Below, in pieces: positions 38,490-47,801 of a stretch of 64,000 bases of DNA. Within the stretch, counting starts at the first letter, position 1, and each line of letters starts with the position of its first letter. A program made the translations under genes and the position numbers. Under the pieces are notes generated by a model, which searched no databases, was not told the DNA's origin, and worked only from the letters and a program-made list of their open reading frames with translations. This DNA is from Spirochaetes bacterium RBG_16_49_21 (GTDB lineage: Bacteria; Spirochaetota; UBA4802; UBA5550): NCBI GenBank assembly GCA_001829495.1, contig MIBJ01000001.1:2414-66413 (forward strand). Reading direction: 5' to 3'.

Positions 38490-39161
38490 TTATTTGTTCT
38501 GCATGATCACCCACTGGATGGCGTATTTGGCGAGATCGGACGAATTTTTAAGTTTGAGCTTCTCTTTTATATTTTTCTTGTGGCTCTCCACGGTGTATAT
38601 GCTCAGATTGAGCTTCTTCGCCATCTCCTTGGTGCTGAAGCCGTTGCCGATGAGCTGGAAGATCTCGAATTCCCTGTTGCTTAAATTCTCAACCGAGATG
38701 CCGATCGTGTCCGCCGAGCCGCGGACCAGCTTGTCGATGATTTTTTTAGATATCTTTTCGCTCAGGTAGAGCTCGTCGCTCAGGATCGTTCTGATGGCAT
38801 TGATGATGTTCTTCGACGCCACCTCCTTCATGATGTAGCCGCGCGCGCCCGCGCGGATGGCGCGCTCCGCGTACACGGACTCATCGTGCATGGTGAGAAC
38901 CAGGGTCTTAATGTCGGGAAAGCGCTCGTTCAGGGACTTGATAAGCTCTATGCCGTTGACGTTCCCGGCCAGAGTGATGTCCACGATAACCACATCCGGC
39001 TTGTCGCGGTTGATGAGATCGATCGCGTCGTGCGCGGTGGAGGCCTCGCCGCAGACCTTCAGGTCTTCCTCAAGCTCGATCACCTGCTTGATCCCCTGCC
39101 GGAGAAGCGGGTGATCGTCCACGATCAGGATTTTCTTGATGATACTTGAATTTTCAGCCAT
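38490..39161 (-). CDS. NarL/LuxR-family response regulator (receiver plus HTH_LuxR)
   Basis: Receiver KILIVDDHP...D and a C-terminal LuxR HTH (EFEIFQLIGNGFSTKEMAKKLNLSIYTVESH). The start at the internal Met is uncertain. Confidence 0.75.
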   Translation of the reverse strand: MAENSSIIKKILIVDDHPLLRQGIKQVIELEEDLKVCGEASTAHDAIDLINRDKPDVVIVDITLAGNVNGIELIKSLNERFPDIKTLVLTMHDESVYAERAIRAGARGYIMKEVASKNIINAIRTILSDELYLSEKISKKIIDKLVRGSADTIGISVENLSNREFEIFQLIGNGFSTKEMAKKLNLSIYTVESHKKNIKEKLKLKNSSDLAKYAIQWVIMQNK

Positions 39162-39315
39162 CTTTTGTTTATCGCTGTAAATAGAATCCTGAGGATCAAG
39201 ATCATGCATCATTATGGATACCGCTCCGCGCAACGCGCGGTAATTCGTCAAAAAAGGTTCGATAATATATTACAGCCCGTGCAATTGGGCGTCAATACCC
39301 GGATTTTGTTATTTT

Positions 39316-39723
39316 TTATCGTTGAATGATGAACCGGTTCCTGACCGTATCGTCCGGCACCATGCAGGCGTCCTTTTTGCCGAACCATTTATACCGGTTC
39401 TTTGCAATTAAGGAATACGCCGCATCCCGTATCGGCCGGGGTACAATTATGAAGGCGTATAAAAGCCGCCACAGCCCGTCGAGTTCTCTGGTAATCTCGA
39501 GCGCTCCCCTGCTCTTTGTATACGGAATCCCGTGTTTGAGCAGGATGAGGGTATCCAGCCGGTCGGTTCGTATGCCCGCATCCTCAAGCAGTTTTGCGCC
39601 TGCATCGGACTGGAGCGGCACGAACCTGAATTTTTTCTTTTTATCCCTCTTAATGATGAAATTGACCGATGCTTCGCATAGATTGCAAACGCCGTCAAAC
39701 AGGATTATCATTTCCAAATCCAT
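39316..39723 (-). CDS. Thiol-disulfide oxidoreductase DCC family (DUF393)
   Basis: N-terminal motif ILFDGVCNLC. Confidence 0.6.
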   Translation of the reverse strand: MDLEMIILFDGVCNLCEASVNFIIKRDKKKKFRFVPLQSDAGAKLLEDAGIRTDRLDTLILLKHGIPYTKSRGALEITRELDGLWRLLYAFIIVPRPIRDAAYSLIAKNRYKWFGKKDACMVPDDTVRNRFIIQR

Positions 39724-39945
39724 AGTTGCGCCTGTCGTATAATATATCAATAATAACCGTGATAATCCATTCTATTTTCCCGCCGCTCAGCGCAAAGCTC
39801 CCCCGTGCCACGGTCGACACCCTGAAATAGCATTTTCATTTTTCATTAGTTCCCATAAAGCCGACACATCCAACTTTTATCGGGAGCGCGTTATTGAATC
39901 GGGAAAACGGCAAAAATAAAAGCGCTGGGAATCATAGGAAAATCT

Positions 39946-40377
39946 TCATAAAGAATAAATCTCGGTGTCGAAGGTATGCACCCAGTTTTTCCGCAAAATA
40001 GCGACAGCCTCCTCGGTTTTATCCACTCCGATGATGACGATAGGCTGCCCGCTCTCGCCTCTTCCTAAAAAAGGATAAAAATAGAGCACGTTTATACTGG
40101 ACGCCTTCAGGGGTTTCAAAATGGCCTGCAGGCCGCCCGGATGGTCCGGAACCTCGACCGCTATGACGTCGGTTTCTTTTACGGCATAGCCGTGGCTCTT
40201 CAGCACATTGACGGTTTTTTGAGGATCATCGGTGACGAACCTGACGGTGCTTATATCGGAGGTATCGGCCACGGTAATGGCCCTGATATTGATCCCCTCC
40301 ACGCCCAGGTACTCGCTGACCGCAAGAAACATACCCGGTATATTTTCAAGACTGACGGAGATCTGCTTTACCGGCAT
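39946..40377 (-). CDS. ACT-domain protein (tandem ACT)
   Basis: Two ~70 aa ACT-like beta-alpha-beta-beta-alpha-beta repeats. Confidence 0.55.
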   Translation of the reverse strand: MPVKQISVSLENIPGMFLAVSEYLGVEGINIRAITVADTSDISTVRFVTDDPQKTVNVLKSHGYAVKETDVIAVEVPDHPGGLQAILKPLKASSINVLYFYPFLGRGESGQPIVIIGVDKTEEAVAILRKNWVHTFDTEIYSL

Positions 40378-40406
40378 AATTCACTCCCGCATGAATTGAA
40401 ATCTAA

Positions 40407-40926
40407 TTACACAAGCTCATACCCGGCTGTAAGGGCATTTTTATTAATGGCTATTAGTTTTTTATTCCCCTTCAGCGCAACGGCTAAAGCATCGATCAGG
40501 GTCTGCAGGTTGACCAGATTGCTCTTTTTTATGAAAGCCCCGAGCATTATCATATTAGCCGATTTCACGCTCCCCATATCCTCGGCAGCCGCATTAGCGG
40601 GAACCTGCACGATCTCTATATCGCCGCGAAGGAGCGGCTCTTTAATCAAGGAGGAATTCAAAAAGAAGATGCCGCCGGACTGGATCTTATTCTGGAATTT
40701 GATCATTGAGGGCTGGTTCAGGGCAACGACAAAAGCAGGCGAGGACGCCACCGGAGAGGCGATCTCCTCATCGGACACGGATACCGTGCAATTGGCGGTG
40801 CCGCCGCGCACCTCGGCGCCGTAAGCGGGCAGGTACGTCACGTATCTTCCTTCCATCATGGCGGCCTGTGCCAGGTTAAGCCCCATGGACATCACCCCCT
40901 GGCCGCCGAAGCCTGCAAAAACCGTT

Positions 40927-40937
<11 letters not shown>
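40407..40937 (-). CDS. 2-oxoacid:ferredoxin oxidoreductase gamma subunit
   Basis: FAGFGGQGV motif typical of POR/KOR gamma. Confidence 0.8.
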
Positions 40938-41682
<745 letters not shown>

Positions 41683-42753
41683 CTATTGGTTCAAACCCTT
41701 TTGATGATATACACGCGTGATAACGCGCAGAACTTCGGTCGGATTGGGTATTACGCCTCCCGGTCTGCCGTAGAAGGACACGTCTCCGCCGCCTTCCAAT
41801 GCCAGCCTTACATCATCGATCATCTGGCCCATGTTCATTTCAAAATCCAGGAAATACTTCGCCCGCTTGGATAATTCTTTAAGCTGTTCCGACGGGAACG
41901 GCCAGAGGGTGACGGGTCTGAACATGCCCACGCGCAGCCCCAGAGCGCGGGCCTGTTTGATCGCGCCTTTTGCAATGCGGGCCGCGATGCCGAAAGCAGT
42001 AACAACGAGCGCCGCGTCTTCCGTCAGGTAATTCTCGCACGAGGCCTCTTGCTTCTGGATCAACTGATACCGCCTGAACAGGCTCCAGTTGACCTCCTCG
42101 AGCTCGGCGGGGTTTGAGGTAAAGGTGCGGACGAACCTGCTGTGTCGCCCCTTTGCGCCCCTGAGCGCGCCGGCTCTGACCGGGAGCGCCGACGGCGCTT
42201 CATGTTTGAATTCCACCGGCTCCATCATCTGGCCCAGCATCCCGTCGCCGAGGATGATGACCGGGATCAGGTATTTATCAGCCAGCTCAAAGGCCCGGCG
42301 GGTCAGGTCCGCCAATTCCTGCACCGACGCCGGCGCAAGCACGATGGTCCGGTAGTCCCCATGCCCTCCGCCGCGCGTGGACTGGAAATAATCGGATTGG
42401 GAGGCGGAAATACTGCCCAGCCCTGGTCCTCCCCGGGACATGTTTACGATGACCGAAGGGAGCTGGCAGGCGGCAAGATACGAGATGCCCTCCTGCTTCA
42501 AGCTGATCCCGGGACTGGATGAAGAAGTCATGGCTCTGGCTCCGGCGACGCTTGCCCCATAGACCATGTTGACGGCTGAAATCTCGCTTTCCGCCTGGAT
42601 GAAAGCACACCCCTCCCTCCGGGAGAGATGAGCCGCCATGTATTCAGTCAATTCATTCTGGGGGGTGATCGGGTAGCCGAAATAGCATCGGCACCCCGCC
42701 CTGATGGCGGCCTCGGCGATAGCGGCGTTTCCGGTCATCAATATTTTAGCCAC
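41683..42753 (-). CDS. 2-oxoacid:ferredoxin oxidoreductase alpha subunit
   Basis: N-terminal MTGNAAIAEAAIRAGCRCYFGYPITP, POR/KOR-alpha-like. Confidence 0.85.
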   Translation of the reverse strand: MAKILMTGNAAIAEAAIRAGCRCYFGYPITPQNELTEYMAAHLSRREGCAFIQAESEISAVNMVYGASVAGARAMTSSSSPGISLKQEGISYLAACQLPSVIVNMSRGGPGLGSISASQSDYFQSTRGGGHGDYRTIVLAPASVQELADLTRRAFELADKYLIPVIILGDGMLGQMMEPVEFKHEAPSALPVRAGALRGAKGRHSRFVRTFTSNPAELEEVNWSLFRRYQLIQKQEASCENYLTEDAALVVTAFGIAARIAKGAIKQARALGLRVGMFRPVTLWPFPSEQLKELSKRAKYFLDFEMNMGQMIDDVRLALEGGGDVSFYGRPGGVIPNPTEVLRVITRVYHQKGLNQ

Positions 42754-42955
42754 GGTACACCTCTATCGCCACCTCCGGGCATACCAGGGCGCACGTTGCG
42801 CACCCGGTGCATTCCCCGTTGCCGCTAAACGCCGAGGGCGGATACCCGGCCGCGTTCAATTTATCCGAAAGCGTGATCAGCTTTTTCGGGCAAAAAAAGA
42901 TACAGAGCTCGCATCCCTTGCAGAGATCCTGATCTATTTCAATTTTTCCCTTCAT
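42746..42955 (-). CDS. 2-oxoacid:ferredoxin oxidoreductase delta subunit (2x[4Fe-4S] ferredoxin)
   Basis: CKGCELCIFFCP and CTGCATCALVCP motifs. Gene order delta-alpha-beta-gamma. Confidence 0.8.
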   Translation of the reverse strand: MKGKIEIDQDLCKGCELCIFFCPKKLITLSDKLNAAGYPPSAFSGNGECTGCATCALVCPEVAIEVYRG

Positions 42956-43258
42956 TTATTATCCGTATCCGATTGATCCAGGCCCTGCGACACATCGCAC
43001 GCAGGGAATTTTCTGTCAAGGAGAATGAGGGCCGGGGAACGGGGGGCCTCAATCATTTTTATTTAAGTATTGTCGAATAAAAATTTTTTTTGCCCCGGTA
43101 TTGCTGTATATTTGGATAATTTTGACTTAACTATTTCATTAAATTCCGGGGCTGTCCAAAAAGCCCCCCAACCCACCGGAGGGGGGATATTAGACAGCCT
43201 CGGAATTTAAATTATAATTTAGTTATGCGACAAGTCGAATGATTTATGGAGTTGCATT

Positions 43259-44614
43259 ATGGAAAAAATAAAACATATATCGATATTAACCTTAATAATT
43301 ACTCTTGGCCTCGTATCCTGCTCTGACTCCGAAAACAGAATAAGCCCTCTGCTCAGGAATACGACGGTCATCCTCAACACCGGGCTTCCGCCTGAAAGCG
43401 CCTCGGCCGATAATTCCCTCCTTGACCGCATACGCCGCCTTTTCGTCCGCGACGCCGTTGCCCAGAGCGCGCCCGCCTCCTTCAGCTCGATCCGGGTGCG
43501 CGTCACCGGCGCCGACTTCGGCGTTATCGAGCAGACATTCGCCGGAGGCGGATTGATATCGCTCTCCGTTCCGTCGGGAAGCTTCAGGCAGTTCGAGGTG
43601 ACCGCATTTACCGCTCCGGGCGATCCGAATCCGGCAGTTACCTTTCGCGGAACTGCGGCAGCGAACCTGCCGGCCGGAGAGACGGTGAGCGTGCCGGTAT
43701 TGATGAGACTCAGTGAGATAAGAATCATCGTGCCGGATTTTTTGAACGGCCGCATAATAGTGATGGATGATATGAGCGGCGCAGGATGGACGGTCATCGA
43801 CGGCGGCAAGCTCGGACTCGATACGATTCAACCGTTCGATGTGGACTTCGACGCACGGGGAAGAATATACATAGCGGACCAGGTGAGCAACGGCATCATA
43901 CGGATCGACAACATCCTGGGCGATAATATGAAAAATTTTGAATCGATTAGTCGTGATGAAGGCACCCTGACGGCGGTTGCCGTGGACCACATCAATGATC
44001 GCGTGTATTATGCGACTTCTGCAACTTTATATCAAAGCAATCTGGACGGCTCGGACAAACAGCCAAAATCAATCCCCGGTTTTGTAAGCATTAACGGGAT
44101 CGACGTGGCTCCGGATGGAATGCTCTATATCGCGGGAACCGATATATCCAAAGAATCCGCCGCGGTTTTTAAATACGACCCGAACGGAAGCGGGGCAATA
44201 GTAGGCCAGTATAGTAATGGCGCTCTTCTCTATGCCGCTTCAGACGTCATGGCGCGCGGGCAGAATATTTATGTCATAAACAGCTCCGGCGGCATAGACA
44301 ATATGATACTGCAATTGGCAGTTGATTCGAGTAATATATTCACCCTCGTGAATAATTACGGCAGCCCCCCGGTAGATCTGGTAACAGATTATACTAAAAT
44401 ACCGGGTCTGTTCTATGGCCCGCAGCATTTCATCGGCGGCGGAAACGGCGCCTTGATAATAATCGATGAGGGATCATTCATATTCAGCGATTTTCTCACC
44501 CCGGTTGACCGGCTCATAGCGATACAGGACATTCAGGGAAACGGGTGGACGACGTATGGTCAGAGTGGAACAGAAACCGGCATGTTTGATTTTTACCAAA
44601 CTATAAGTTTTTGA
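43259..44614 (+). CDS. Lipoprotein with a beta-propeller (NHL / SMP-30-like) repeat region
   Basis: Signal peptide with lipobox LGLVSC, then repeated Gly/Asp-rich blades (YIADQVSNGIIRID, LYIAGTD). Confidence 0.6.
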   Translation: MEKIKHISILTLIITLGLVSCSDSENRISPLLRNTTVILNTGLPPESASADNSLLDRIRRLFVRDAVAQSAPASFSSIRVRVTGADFGVIEQTFAGGGLISLSVPSGSFRQFEVTAFTAPGDPNPAVTFRGTAAANLPAGETVSVPVLMRLSEIRIIVPDFLNGRIIVMDDMSGAGWTVIDGGKLGLDTIQPFDVDFDARGRIYIADQVSNGIIRIDNILGDNMKNFESISRDEGTLTAVAVDHINDRVYYATSATLYQSNLDGSDKQPKSIPGFVSINGIDVAPDGMLYIAGTDISKESAAVFKYDPNGSGAIVGQYSNGALLYAASDVMARGQNIYVINSSGGIDNMILQLAVDSSNIFTLVNNYGSPPVDLVTDYTKIPGLFYGPQHFIGGGNGALIIIDEGSFIFSDFLTPVDRLIAIQDIQGNGWTTYGQSGTETGMFDFYQTISF

Positions 44615-44652
44615 GATGTCATTGATGACACAAATTCCTCGTCCTCCGGAGA

Positions 44653-44970
44653 TCAGAGGCCGACCATCCTGACGGCTTCTTCAAGCTCCAGAGCGGGAAA
44701 GATCGAAAAGGAAAGTCCCGGCACGCTTGAGTATGCTTTCACCCACCGCCCGTTCAGGAATTCAATAGCGTCCGCCATCCTTTCCCTATCCACATCCCAT
44801 ATAATTATGTTCTGGATCCCCACCCCCTTCTCGATGTAACAGTAGTTTCCCTTTATATGAATGTATGCAGGAGAGGAAGGAAGCTTGGAGAATTTCTTAA
44901 CCAATTCGTCTTTGCTGTCCAACGGACAGGATAGCAGGGCTATTATAACCATTGAGAATCTCCATATCAT
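44653..44970 (-). CDS. Hypothetical small protein
   Basis: ORF only; no motif recognised. Confidence 0.35.
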   Translation of the reverse strand: MIWRFSMVIIALLSCPLDSKDELVKKFSKLPSSPAYIHIKGNYCYIEKGVGIQNIIIWDVDRERMADAIEFLNGRWVKAYSSVPGLSFSIFPALELEEAVRMVGL

Positions 44971-45148
44971 TTGTTAAGTTTATGCATTTCAGGAAATATA
45001 AAAATCTTCTGCCTGAATGAGTTTTTAACTTTTATGCAACAGGCGCCAACGTCAACAATAAATAGATCAATTATAAAAATTTTTATCGGAGCCAGATCGT
45101 CGATGGGCGGTTTTTTTTCGAAAGTTCGGGCCCCTGACAAGGGCGGGC

Positions 45149-45373
45149 TTAGAGATGTGCCAATGAAGAAACAAACTCCTCATCTATCGTGTATGTTAAA
45201 AGCGTTTTTAAATCGATTTTTTTTGAGGCATCCAGAATTTCGATCCCCGATATCCTTCCGTCTGGTAAAAAATCCAGATTCACACCCTCTTTTATTTCCA
45301 CAACTCCCTCAGGAGTATCGGAATTTAACTGTATGTATACCGCATCTACTTTATCGTCATAATATACCTTCAT
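45149..45373 (-). CDS. DUF2283-family protein (putative antitoxin-like partner)
   Basis: N-terminal MKVYYDDKVDAVYIQL characteristic of DUF2283. Overlaps the upstream DUF4258 gene by 4 bp. Confidence 0.6.
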   Translation of the reverse strand: MKVYYDDKVDAVYIQLNSDTPEGVVEIKEGVNLDFLPDGRISGIEILDASKKIDLKTLLTYTIDEEFVSSLAHL

Positions 45374-45597
45374 TTAAGACCTCGCTTTAATGGATATGCC
45401 GTTATTATGGTAAGGTAATCATCTTCCCTGGTTAAGACAACCTTTATCGGATATTTAAAATTCGGAACAGGCTCTATTATTTCATTATATCCTTTATTTA
45501 ATTTCTTCGATTTAGCAATTATTTTTTTTACATCCGATTCTGATATACCATATAATTTAATCCGGCGCAACGCATGCCGTGAAAACTCAATGTTCAA
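45370..45597 (-). CDS. DUF4258-family protein (putative toxin-like partner)
   Basis: Small basic protein immediately upstream of and overlapping the DUF2283 gene; this is the known pair architecture. Confidence 0.5.
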   Translation of the reverse strand: MNIEFSRHALRRIKLYGISESDVKKIIAKSKKLNKGYNEIIEPVPNFKYPIKVVLTREDDYLTIITAYPLKRGLK

Positions 45598-45795
45598 CTA
45601 TAAACCTCCATGAAAAAATGAAAATCCGATTATCCCCCATAATTGCCGTTGTGTCAATAAAAAAGATTCGATTTTACTTGACTTATTCCTTTCGGCTGCT
45701 TTGAATCTTTTTAAAAAGAAAAATCACGAAGAATTACCGTATGAGAAAACCTCTTCTCACGCCTGAGCGTGGATTGCAACACCAAGGAGAAAATC

Positions 45796-46146
45796 ATGCA
45801 GATTAAAACTTATTCGGCAATCAAAGCGACTCATTTTGATAATAATTCAGCAAGAAGTGTAGATGCGCGGGTTTTGATCGGTAAGGATGACGGCGCAAAC
45901 AACTTTTGCATGCGCATATTCGAAATTTCGGCAGGGGGCAATACACCAAAACATGCACATGATTGGGAACATGAAATGTTCATTTATTCAGGTGAAGGAG
46001 AAATTTGGGGAAACGGCCGGTGGAATAAAGTCAGATCGGGCAATGCGGTGTTCGTACCGTGCAATGAAGAGCATCAAATAAAAAATTCAGGCAAAGAATT
46101 GTTGACGGTTGTTTGTTTGGTTCCATCGAAGGCCCCCGAATTATAA
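45796..46146 (+). CDS. Cupin-domain protein
   Basis: Cupin motifs G..PKHAHDWEHEMFIYSGEG and NAVFVPCNEEHQIKN. The ATG at 45796 has an aaggaga RBS. Confidence 0.65.
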   Translation: MQIKTYSAIKATHFDNNSARSVDARVLIGKDDGANNFCMRIFEISAGGNTPKHAHDWEHEMFIYSGEGEIWGNGRWNKVRSGNAVFVPCNEEHQIKNSGKELLTVVCLVPSKAPEL

Positions 46147-46208
46147 AAGATCAACTATATTCAATTTTTCCAAGTCGTTCATTAATAAAATTGATCAAGG
46201 AGCCTGAT

Positions 46209-46520
46209 ATGATCAAAAGGGGAAGATTCTGGCTGGCTCTTTTTACCGTGCGCAACGACATGATGGACAGGCTCCACCCACGCCCCCGGCTGAAATCGCT
46301 TATGGCGAAGCTCCCCCGCTTCACCTGGCCGGAACCGAAGCCTTACGGTTTCGTGATCGCCCTGGACGAAAGGGGTAAAATCATCGGATCCCTTCAGGAC
46401 CCGACCGGAAAACACCTTTACGAGATCACGTCCGCGCAGGAGTATGATGGATATCTCTACCTCGGAAGCCTCCACTCGGACCGGATCGGCAGGTACCGGC
46501 TCGAAAATCAGAGGTTTTGA
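46209..46520 (+). pseudogene. Strictosidine-synthase-like (SSL) protein, C-terminal ~100 aa remnant only
   Basis: Matches the C-terminal blade of the SSL family (FWLALF...GKIIGSLQDPTGKHLYEITSAQEYDGYLYLGS). No N-terminal 200+ aa is present; the start is a gene-internal Met. Confidence 0.5.
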
Positions 46521-47596
46521 TTCAGCGGGCAGCGTATGCCCGGCTTTTCGCCGGGTACGAAGCATTGCAGGCAGGCAGTGCATTCGACCACATCCCCGCT
46601 TCTCCCCGCGAGGGATTTGGTAACGAGCTCGGGATCGGCGATAAGAGCCCGGCCTATCGCCACCATATCGGCCATTCCCTCGTCAATCGCGCGCTCGGCC
46701 TGTTCCGGCCGAAGAACACCGCCGACGGCGATGACCGGCAGCTTCACCCGCTTCTTTACCTCGCCCGCGAGCCTGATGATAGTGCCCTTCCCCGCCTCTT
46801 CAAGCATCCGGACGCCGGTGTCGATCCCCCCGGCGGAAACATGCACTATATCAAGGCCCTTTTCCATAAACATGTTGATCATGTCCGCGCATTCTTCAAC
46901 GGTCATGCCGTTATCAACGTACTCCTCGGCGCTTATCCGGAGACCCAGCACGAAATCCTCTCCCACCTTCCCGCGCGTTCTCTCCAGCACCTCCATAACG
47001 ATACGCGCCCGGTTCTGCGTGCTCCCGCCGTATCGGTCCTTTCTCAGATTGGCCGCCGGAGACATGAACTGGTTCAGAAGAAAGCTGTGGGTGCCGTGAA
47101 ACTCCACCATCCGGGCGCCCGCATTTTTTGCGATTTCCGCCGCGTGCGCGAATTGACCGACGATATCCTCGATTTCACCGATCGAGAGCTCCCGGGGAAC
47201 GTTCTTCGACGCGGGCGAGGCAACGGCTGAGGGGCCGACCAGGTCGCCGCCCGCCAGAGCGGGCTTCATGACCCGGCCCCCGTGATTAAGCTGGACCGCC
47301 GGAATGGAGCCGGCCGCACCTATGGCGTCGAAAAGCTTTGCCGCGGACCCGGTTTTCCCCTTGTCGCAGAGGCAAAACGCGTGGTCGCCGAGACGGGAAT
47401 AAGCCGAAATGCCGGTAGCCCCCACGATCGTGAGGCCGACGCCGTTCCCGGCTATCCTCTTATAGAATCTTATGAGCCGCTCCGTAGCCTCGCCGTCGGC
47501 GGATGCGAAGTTCGTCTGAACCGGTGAGAAGACGATCCGGTTCGGAAATGTCGTTTTTTTCACGGTAATCGGGTGTAAAAGTCTTTCATATTTCAT
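46508..47596 (-). CDS. NADH:flavin oxidoreductase, Old Yellow Enzyme family
   Basis: OYE/TIM-barrel motifs (PNRIVFSPVQT, AVQLNHGGR, EFHGTHSFLLNQF, RYGGS). Confidence 0.75.
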   Translation of the reverse strand: MKYERLLHPITVKKTTFPNRIVFSPVQTNFASADGEATERLIRFYKRIAGNGVGLTIVGATGISAYSRLGDHAFCLCDKGKTGSAAKLFDAIGAAGSIPAVQLNHGGRVMKPALAGGDLVGPSAVASPASKNVPRELSIGEIEDIVGQFAHAAEIAKNAGARMVEFHGTHSFLLNQFMSPAANLRKDRYGGSTQNRARIVMEVLERTRGKVGEDFVLGLRISAEEYVDNGMTVEECADMINMFMEKGLDIVHVSAGGIDTGVRMLEEAGKGTIIRLAGEVKKRVKLPVIAVGGVLRPEQAERAIDEGMADMVAIGRALIADPELVTKSLAGRSGDVVECTACLQCFVPGEKPGIRCPLNQNL

Positions 47597-47625
47597 AGAG
47601 CCCTCCTAATGAGGTTGTCTATTAA

Positions 47626-47765
47626 CCCCCTAAATCCCCGAAAGGGGGACTTTACCTCACCCCCAGTCCCTCTCCAAATTGGAGAGGAGAGCTTATAATT
47701 AAGCTTTATGCCCCCCTTCTCTTATTGAGGAAAAGGGGGGAAGGGGGGATGAGGTCAGGGGGATT
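47626..47765. repeat. GC-rich nested palindromic element, copy D; it also contains the CCCCTAAATCCCC-GGGGGACTT motif
   Basis: Contains cccctaaatccccgaaagggggactt, then cctcaccccc...ccctctccaaattggagagg, then cccccttctcttattgaggaaaagggggg...ggatgaggtca. Confidence 0.6.
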
Positions 47766-47801
47766 TTTAGACACTCCCAACTAAACTAAAAAGGCAATAA
47801 A

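Noticed and set aside
39751-39945. A Rho-independent terminator after the ACT-domain gene (cccagcgcttttatttttgcc on the minus strand).
   Set aside because: The stem is only a 6-nt palindrome and too weak to call.
42956-43258. A sigma-54 (GG-N10-GC) promoter in the korD/lipoprotein divergent region and upstream of the hydrogenase cluster.
   Set aside because: No convincing TGGCAC-N5-TTGC match was found by eye, so it is left unannotated.
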